The position numbers and the translations under genes were made by a program. Below are positions 34,090 to 40,000 of a stretch of DNA of 40,000 bases, one piece after another. Source of the stretch: Candidatus Pelagibacterales bacterium (GTDB lineage Bacteria > Pseudomonadota > Alphaproteobacteria > Pelagibacterales > Pelagibacteraceae); NCBI GenBank assembly GCA_965236175.1, contig CBDEAT010000003.1, positions 7,759 to 47,758 of the forward strand. Reading direction: 5' to 3'. Positions within the stretch are counted from its first letter, which is position 1. Every line of letters begins with the position of its first letter. Under the pieces are notes generated by a model. It searched no databases. It saw only the letters and a list, made by a program, of their open reading frames with translations, and was not told where the DNA came from.

Positions 34090-34904
34090 TAGCTATTTTT
34101 AATTTCGTGGATCTTTATAATTGAAGCCGCAGTTTCTTCTACTGACTTTCTTGTTACGTCAATTGTTGGAATGTTGTTAGATTTAAAAATTTTTCTGCTT
34201 TCATCAAGCTCTTCCTTTATTCTTTCTAAATCAACATAAGATGTATGCTTTTCTTCGCTTAGAGTATTAAGTCTGTTTTTTCTTATATCTACCAATCTTT
34301 CAGGGTCAGCAATCAACCCTACAATTGTCTTTTTTTTGTTTTTTAAAACTTCTTCTGGTATTTTTTGATTTGGAACCATGGGAATATTGGCTGATTTGTA
34401 ACCTTTGTTTGCAAGATAAATTGTTGTTGGGGTTTTGCTAGTTCTGCTAATTCCCAAAATAATTATATCAGCCTCTAAAATTGTTTCTAATTTTTGACCG
34501 TCATCATGCTCAATGCTAAATTGCATTGCAGCAATTTTTTTATAATATTCTTTATTTAAAATATGTTGGCCGCTTGGTTTTCTGTTGGCCTTTCTGTTAA
34601 GGGCCGTTTCAAATTTTGGAATTAAATAATCCAAAACTCCAAAGCAAGGAATTTTATATTTGTCTGTTTCTTGGATTAAAAAAGAAGTAACGGCGGGCTC
34701 CACAAGAGTATAAAGCACTATAGGGTTTCCCAGTTTATTACATTTTTCCAATAAAGTTGTAATTTGGGCTTCCGTTCTAACAAAAGAAAAGTGGTGTAGG
34801 CTGTTATTAAAGTTCTCAAACTGGGCTTTTAAAGCAAGGAATATTCTATCAAGAGTTTCGCCGGTTGAATCCGATACTAAAAAAACATTATACTTTCTGT
34901 TCAT
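34089..34904 (-). CDS. ppsR: Pyruvate, phosphate dikinase / PEP synthase regulatory protein (DUF299)
   Basis: VFLVSDSTGETLDRIFLALKAQF; IILGISRTSKTPTTIYLANKGYKSANIP. Confidence 0.94.
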   Translation of the reverse strand: MNRKYNVFLVSDSTGETLDRIFLALKAQFENFNNSLHHFSFVRTEAQITTLLEKCNKLGNPIVLYTLVEPAVTSFLIQETDKYKIPCFGVLDYLIPKFETALNRKANRKPSGQHILNKEYYKKIAAMQFSIEHDDGQKLETILEADIIILGISRTSKTPTTIYLANKGYKSANIPMVPNQKIPEEVLKNKKKTIVGLIADPERLVDIRKNRLNTLSEEKHTSYVDLERIKEELDESRKIFKSNNIPTIDVTRKSVEETAASIIKIHEIKNS

Positions 34905-35178
34905 AAGTCTGTTGGCAAGCCTTTATAATTATCCTTTATACATTTCTAACTTTAAAAAGAACAAAGGTTAACAGTTAATAAATTGTTATTATTTAATTAA
35001 TAACATTAATAAGTTTTTTTTAGTATTTTAGAATTGTTGGTAATTTTAAACAAACTACAAAAATATAAAGTTATTTAAAAAATTTAATCAACAAAACTTG
35101 TTAATAAACTGTTAATAAAAATATAAACACATTACTAACATAACCATATAATACTACTATTTTAACTAATATTTATTA
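34905..35178. other. oriC: Candidate chromosomal replication origin (oriC) region
   Basis: 274-bp very AT-rich divergent intergenic region between ppsR (minus) and hemE (plus), three GTTAATAAA repeats at 34974-34982, 35100-35108 and 35111-35119; syntenic with the alphaproteobacterial hemE-side origin. Confidence 0.6.
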
Positions 35179-36193
35179 ATGAGTGGTTCTCTTCAATACT
35201 GTCTTTTAAATAAAAATAAAAATTTTCCTATATGGTTTATGAGACAAGCAGGAAGATATCTTCCAGAATATCAAAAAATAAGAAAAAAAAATAAAAATTT
35301 TATTAATTTTTGTTTAAATATAAACGATGCAATAAAAGTTTCTTTACAACCTGTAGATAGGTTTAATTTAGACGCAGCCATAATTTTTTCGGATATTTTA
35401 TTAATTCTAAATGCTGTTGGTCAAAAAGTAGAATTTAAAGAAAAAATAGGTCCTATTTTAGAAAATTATAATCTAAATAAATTTTATAAAACAAGCGATA
35501 AAAATTTTATAAAAAAATTAAAAAATGTTTATAAAATATTAAAAAAAATAAAAAAAACACTACCAAAAGAAAAATCATTGATAGGGTTTGCCGGGTCCCC
35601 ATGGACACTTTTAACCTACATGATCAACAAAGGGTCACCAAAAAAAAATAAAAATTTTTTAAAAAACCTTAAAAAAACAAGAAGCAATAAAAATAATTAA
35701 AAGATTAGAACATTTAATTTATATTCATTGCAAAGAACAAATATTAGCCGGGGCTGATATTATACAATTATTTGATAGTTGGGCCGGTTTAATTAATAAA
35801 AAAGACTTAAAAGATTTTTGCATCAACCCAAACAAAAATATTGTAAATAAAATAAAAAAAAACTTTCCAAACAACCCAGTTATTTGCTTTCCAAAGGGAA
35901 TTAATAAAAATATCAATAATTTTATAAAAGAAGTGAGCCCACACGGAATTAGTATTGACCATAATGTAAGTCTTAAAAATTTAAATTTAAATAATAATGT
36001 AGTGTTTCAAGGAGGAATGAACCCGAAATTTTTACTAGGAAATAACAAAAGAATGTTTAAAGAAGCAAAAAAATATTTAGATTTCTTTAAAAACAAACCA
36101 TACATATTCAATTTAGGACATGGGATATTACCCGAAACAAAACCAGAAAATGTTAAGAGACTAGTTGAATTTGTAAGGAGTTATAATTTATGA
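35179..36193 (+). CDS. hemE: Uroporphyrinogen decarboxylase, one frameshift near 35673
   Basis: PIWFMRQAGRYLPEYQKIR; IIFSDILLI; GFAGSPWTLLTYMI; GADIIQLFDSWAG; FNLGHGILPETKPENV. Confidence 0.96.
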
Positions 36194-37203
36194 GTTTTGA
36201 TTTAGATAAAATAAATCATCCAAAAATAAAATTTGGGAAAACTGGTGTTTTGCTAGTTAACCTTGGCACCCCAGATTCAACGAGCTGGTGGGATATTAGA
36301 AAGTATTTAAAAGAATTTTTATCAGACACAAGGGTAATAGAGGTTAATCCTATTCTTTGGCAAATAATTTTAAACTTATTTATATTAACCTTTAGGCCGT
36401 CAAAAACAGCTCATGCTTACAAACAGATTTGGATGAATGATACCAACCAATCCCCGCTAAGATATTATACCAAAAGCCAAACTCAAAAATTAAAGGAAAA
36501 GATGGGCGGCGACAATGTCATTGTTGATTTTGCAATGCGGTATGGAAATCCAAGTATAAAAAGTAAATTAGATTTTTTGCAAAAAGAAGGATGTGAAAAA
36601 ATTATTATTTTTCCTTTGTACCCACAATATGCGGCCGCAACCACAGCAACAGTGTGTGATGAGGTCTATAGAAATTTAATAACCATGAGATGGCAACCTA
36701 GTTTACAAACGATTCCTCATTATGAAAGCGAACCTTTGTTTATTGATGCGCTTGTAAAGAGTATAAAAAAGAAAGTTTCAGAAATTAAATGGAAGCCAGA
36801 TTTAATCTTAGCTTCTTATCATGGGATACCAAAAAAATATTTTACAAAAGGCGATCCATATCATTGTTATTGCCAAAAAACGACGCGACTAATTAAGGAA
36901 AAATTTAAAGACATTCCTATAGAGACAACTTTTCAATCGAGGTTTGGACCTGAGGAGTGGTTAACGCCCTACACCGATAAAACTTTAGAGGCGCTTCCTA
37001 GTAAAGGTAAAAAAAATGTGCTTATGATATGTCCAGGATTTTCATCAGATTGTGTTGAGACTTTAGAAGAAATAGCAATTCAAGGAAAAGAAAGCTTCCT
37101 CGAAAACGGAGGAGAAAACTATGATGTTGTTCCTTGCTTAAACGATAATGATGATCATATTAAAATGATGGAACATATTGTTAAAAAATATTTAATTAAT
37201 TAA
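36190..37203 (+). CDS. hemH: Ferrochelatase
   Basis: KTGVLLVNLGTPDS; LILASYHGIPKKYFTKGDPYHCYCQKTTRLI; FQSRFGPEEWLTPYTDKTL. Confidence 0.98.
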   Translation: MSFDLDKINHPKIKFGKTGVLLVNLGTPDSTSWWDIRKYLKEFLSDTRVIEVNPILWQIILNLFILTFRPSKTAHAYKQIWMNDTNQSPLRYYTKSQTQKLKEKMGGDNVIVDFAMRYGNPSIKSKLDFLQKEGCEKIIIFPLYPQYAAATTATVCDEVYRNLITMRWQPSLQTIPHYESEPLFIDALVKSIKKKVSEIKWKPDLILASYHGIPKKYFTKGDPYHCYCQKTTRLIKEKFKDIPIETTFQSRFGPEEWLTPYTDKTLEALPSKGKKNVLMICPGFSSDCVETLEEIAIQGKESFLENGGENYDVVPCLNDNDDHIKMMEHIVKKYLIN

Positions 37204-37634
37204 TGAATTTATATTTAGCGCTCAAAGCAATCCACATTATAGCCGTTATTTCATGGATGGTCGGCCTTTTATATTTGCCAAGATTGTTTGTTTATCACGT
37301 TGAAAACAATAGTGAGGAAGCTTCAAAAATTTTTAAAGTAATGGAAAAAAGATTAATGAAAATAATTATGAACCCAGCCATGATAGTTACCTGGTTGACT
37401 GGGTTGTCTATTTTGTGGATTTTGGGATTTAATAATATTTTTTCTTTGTGGTTATCGATCAAATTTTTATTTGTAATTATTCTCTCCGGCTATCATGGTT
37501 TTTTGTCCAAATGCTTGAAGGATTTTGAATTCGATAGAAATCAAAGAAGTTCAAAATTTTTTAGGTTTATAAATGAAATACCAACTATAATACTGATAAT
37601 CATTGTCTTTTTAGTTATTTTTAAACCCGCTTGA
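37203..37634 (+). CDS. hemJ: Protoporphyrinogen oxidase HemJ (UPF0093)
   Basis: ALKAIHIIAVISWMVGLLYLPRLFVYH; downstream of hemH. Confidence 0.93.
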   Translation: MNLYLALKAIHIIAVISWMVGLLYLPRLFVYHVENNSEEASKIFKVMEKRLMKIIMNPAMIVTWLTGLSILWILGFNNIFSLWLSIKFLFVIILSGYHGFLSKCLKDFEFDRNQRSSKFFRFINEIPTIILIIIVFLVIFKPA

Positions 37635-37700
37635 AATATAATTAATTATTGTTATATTCCTCTCACATCTAAAAGTTTCTCAAGACAATCCCAAACATAA

Positions 37701-38972
37701 ATGAACCTACAAGAATTAAAAAACAAAACACCAGCAGATTTAATTTTAGAAGCAGAAAAGCTAGGAATCGAAAATCCAAGCACAATGCGTAAACAAGAAA
37801 TCTTGTTTGCAATTCTTAAAAAACTCGCTGAAAAGAATGAAAAAATTACAGGAAGCGGTGTTCTTGAAACATTACAAGACGGCTTTGGTTTTTTAAGAGC
37901 CACAGAGTCAAATTATTTACCAGGACCCGATGATATTTATGTAAGCCCAAGTCAAATTAGAAGATTTGGTCTTCGAAAAGGAGATACAGTCGAAGGAGAA
38001 ATTAGAGCACCAAAAGATTCAGAAAGATATTTCGCGCTTTTGCAAGTTAGCAAAATAAACTTTGAAGATCCTGAAAAATCTAGAAACAAAATTAACTTTG
38101 ATAACTTAACGCCTCTATATCCAGATGAGCGTATAAATTTAGAAGTTGAATCCAATAAAGCAGATAAAAAACCAGATTTAACAGCAAGATTAATTGATCT
38201 TGTAACTCCAATCGGAAAAGGTCAGAGAGCTTTAATCGTATCACCACCTAGAGCTGGTAAAACAGTAATACTTCAAAACATTGCCCATTCAATTACAGCT
38301 AATCATCCTGAGATTTATTTAATAGTTTTGCTTATTGATGAAAGACCAGAGGAAGTTACTGACATGCAAAGATCTGTAAAAGGTGAAGTTATAAGTTCAA
38401 CATTCGACGAACCTGCAATGAGACACGTGCAAGTAGCTGAGATGGTAATTGAAAAAGCAAAAAGATTAGCAGAGCACAAAAAAGATGTTGTGATTTTATT
38501 AGATTCTATTACGCGATTAGGAAGAGCTTATAACGCAGTTGTTCCAAGTTCAGGAAAAGTATTAACGGGTGGTGTTGATGCGAACGCATTACAAAGACCA
38601 AAAAGATTTTTTGGTGCAGCAAGAAATATTGAAGAGGGTGGATCTTTAACAATTATTTCTACAGCATTAATTGAAACTGGTTCAAGAATGGATGAAGTTA
38701 TTTTTGAAGAATTTAAAGGAACAGGTAATGCCGAAGTTATATTAGATAGAAAAATTGCAGATAAGAGAATTTTCCCAGCAATCGATATTACAAAATCTGG
38801 AACGAGAAAAGAAGACTTGTTATTTAAAAAAGAAGACCTTCAGAAGATGAACGTTTTAAGACGACTGATCGCTCCAATGGGAAATATGGAAGCAATAGAA
38901 TTTTTAATTGGTAAATTAAGAGAGACAAAAAATAATGCTGAATTTTTTGACTCGATGAATAAGTCTGCTTAA
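37701..38972 (+). CDS. rho: Transcription termination factor Rho
   Basis: Rho N-term and RNA-binding domain ([37 protein letters not shown]); [20 protein letters not shown]; [10 protein letters not shown]. Confidence 0.99.
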   Translation: MNLQELKNKTPADLILEAEKLGIENPSTMRKQEILFAILKKLAEKNEKITGSGVLETLQDGFGFLRATESNYLPGPDDIYVSPSQIRRFGLRKGDTVEGEIRAPKDSERYFALLQVSKINFEDPEKSRNKINFDNLTPLYPDERINLEVESNKADKKPDLTARLIDLVTPIGKGQRALIVSPPRAGKTVILQNIAHSITANHPEIYLIVLLIDERPEEVTDMQRSVKGEVISSTFDEPAMRHVQVAEMVIEKAKRLAEHKKDVVILLDSITRLGRAYNAVVPSSGKVLTGGVDANALQRPKRFFGAARNIEEGGSLTIISTALIETGSRMDEVIFEEFKGTGNAEVILDRKIADKRIFPAIDITKSGTRKEDLLFKKEDLQKMNVLRRLIAPMGNMEAIEFLIGKLRETKNNAEFFDSMNKSA

Positions 38973-38979
38973 TTAATTC

Positions 38980-39633
38980 TTAGTGGATTTGCCTTTCAAA
39001 TCCAGGATTATTCCCAATAATATAAAAATTTATAATCTGATTGATTAGTAAATTTCTCTCAAGTAAAGTTTTTGCCTCAAGTAATCCTTGTTTTTCACTC
39101 ACAGAAAAAGGACATATCATTGATAGTGAATTTATTAATTGATCTGGCTCAACTTTTTCAACAATCTTCCAATCCGTAGATAAATGATGAATCTTAAATA
39201 GTTTTCTAGCTTTATCTATAAGCTGCAGCACATCAATCTTGTCATTGAATTTTATTTTTTCTAAATCATCTAAAAACTCATCATAAGTTACTCTAAATTT
39301 TCTATAAGGAAGATTAGTCTCGGCTTCATCTAAAATTCTAAATCTCACTAAACCTTTTAGGTTTATCAAATATCTGCCATCAGCTGTTTTTGTGTGCGTG
39401 TCTATTTTACCAAGACAACCAACGCTGAACACTTCAGGTTTATTTGAATTATTACTTCCTTTTGTTTGGATCATTCCAATCATTTTATTTGATGCCAACG
39501 CATCTTCGACCATTTTTTTATATCTAGGCTCAAATATATTGAGAGGCAAAATTGTATTTGGAAAGAACACTGCATTAGCAAGTGGGAAAATAGATATTTC
39601 TTGAGGAATTTCTTTTTTATCTAAAGTTGTCAT
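38980..39633 (-). CDS. Lon N-terminal (substrate-binding)-domain protein
   Basis: IPQEISIFPLANAVFFPNTILPLNIFEPRYKKMVEDAL; GCLGKIDTHTKTADGRYLINLKGLVRF. Confidence 0.88.
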   Translation of the reverse strand: MTTLDKKEIPQEISIFPLANAVFFPNTILPLNIFEPRYKKMVEDALASNKMIGMIQTKGSNNSNKPEVFSVGCLGKIDTHTKTADGRYLINLKGLVRFRILDEAETNLPYRKFRVTYDEFLDDLEKIKFNDKIDVLQLIDKARKLFKIHHLSTDWKIVEKVEPDQLINSLSMICPFSVSEKQGLLEAKTLLERNLLINQIINFYIIGNNPGFERQIH

Positions 39634-39724
39634 TATGAATTAATATAGTGTTTAATTTGCTTTATTCAATTTCACTTTTCAATTGATTAAAATTTATTTT
39701 CATTTAATTTCACGGGATTATTAA

Positions 39725-39799
39725 GCGGGTGTAGCTCAGTGGTAGAGCGAATCGTTGCCAACGATTAGGTCGTGGGTTCAATTCCCTTCACCCGCTCCA
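39725..39799 (+). tRNA. tRNA-Gly (anticodon GCC), CCA encoded
   Basis: Acceptor GCGGGTG/CACCCGC, D-arm GCTCAGTGGTAGAGC, anticodon stem AATCG/CGATT with loop TTGCCAA, T-loop TTCAATT, CCA at 39797-39799. Confidence 0.96.
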
Positions 39800-39897
39800 A
39801 ATTCAAAGCTGGTCGTAGCTTTTTTACTCTGTTTAATTCTTAAAAGGGTTCGGCACAAAACGGACTCCCGTAGGACTTCCTAATCGCGTGAGGTTGA

Positions 39898-40000
39898 ATG
39901 TATATTCGAAAACGTCGTGGGAAATGGCAGGTAACGATTAAGCGTAAAAACCTAAGGACTAGTGTAAAAACGTTTCTTTTTCGTAAGGATGCGGTTTTAT
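39898..40000 (+). CDS. Probable tyrosine-family integrase, N-terminal fragment truncated by window end
   Basis: MYIRKRRGKWQVTIKRKNLRTSVKTFLFRKDAVL matches the typical N-terminal pattern of phage integrases; starts 99 bp after a tRNA 3' end, with AGG upstream as possible RBS. Confidence 0.7.
   Translation, partial: MYIRKRRGKWQVTIKRKNLRTSVKTFLFRKDAVL

Overview
AT-rich alphaproteobacterial chromosome segment, most consistent with SAR11/Pelagibacterales: compact, overlapping gene neighbours and a SAR11-like gene complement. Left to right it contains: dnaJ 3' end, dapB, nth, a PfkB-family kinase, remnants of an OmpR-type response regulator, an L,D-transpeptidase, a YggS-like protein and a ThiE-like protein, a porin, a DUF3576-like lipoprotein, leuS, lptE, holA, parB-parA-rsmG-mnmG-mnmE, ogt, a UbiH-like monooxygenase, ftsK, lolA, a GNAT, a HIT protein, a his cluster (hisE, hisF, hisA, hisH, hisB) interrupted by two TPR/SPINDLY-type glycosyltransferases, smr, a Tim44-domain protein, secB, dnaQ-coaE-aroE-maf-ppsR, hemE-hemH-hemJ-rho, a Lon-N-domain protein, tRNA-Gly(GCC), and the first codons of a likely tyrosine integrase running off the right end. 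The most notable signals are: (1) a perfect 16-bp parS palindrome inside rsmG; (2) a probable chromosomal origin in the ppsR/hemE divergent intergenic region; (3) two tandem-type TPR-glycosyltransferases flanking hisF inside the his cluster; (4) a tRNA-Gly followed by an integrase start, suggesting an integrated element continuing beyond the window. Many single-base frameshifts in housekeeping genes look like residual sequencing indels, clustered in some parts of the window and absent from others. No wholly new system can be claimed from this sequence alone.
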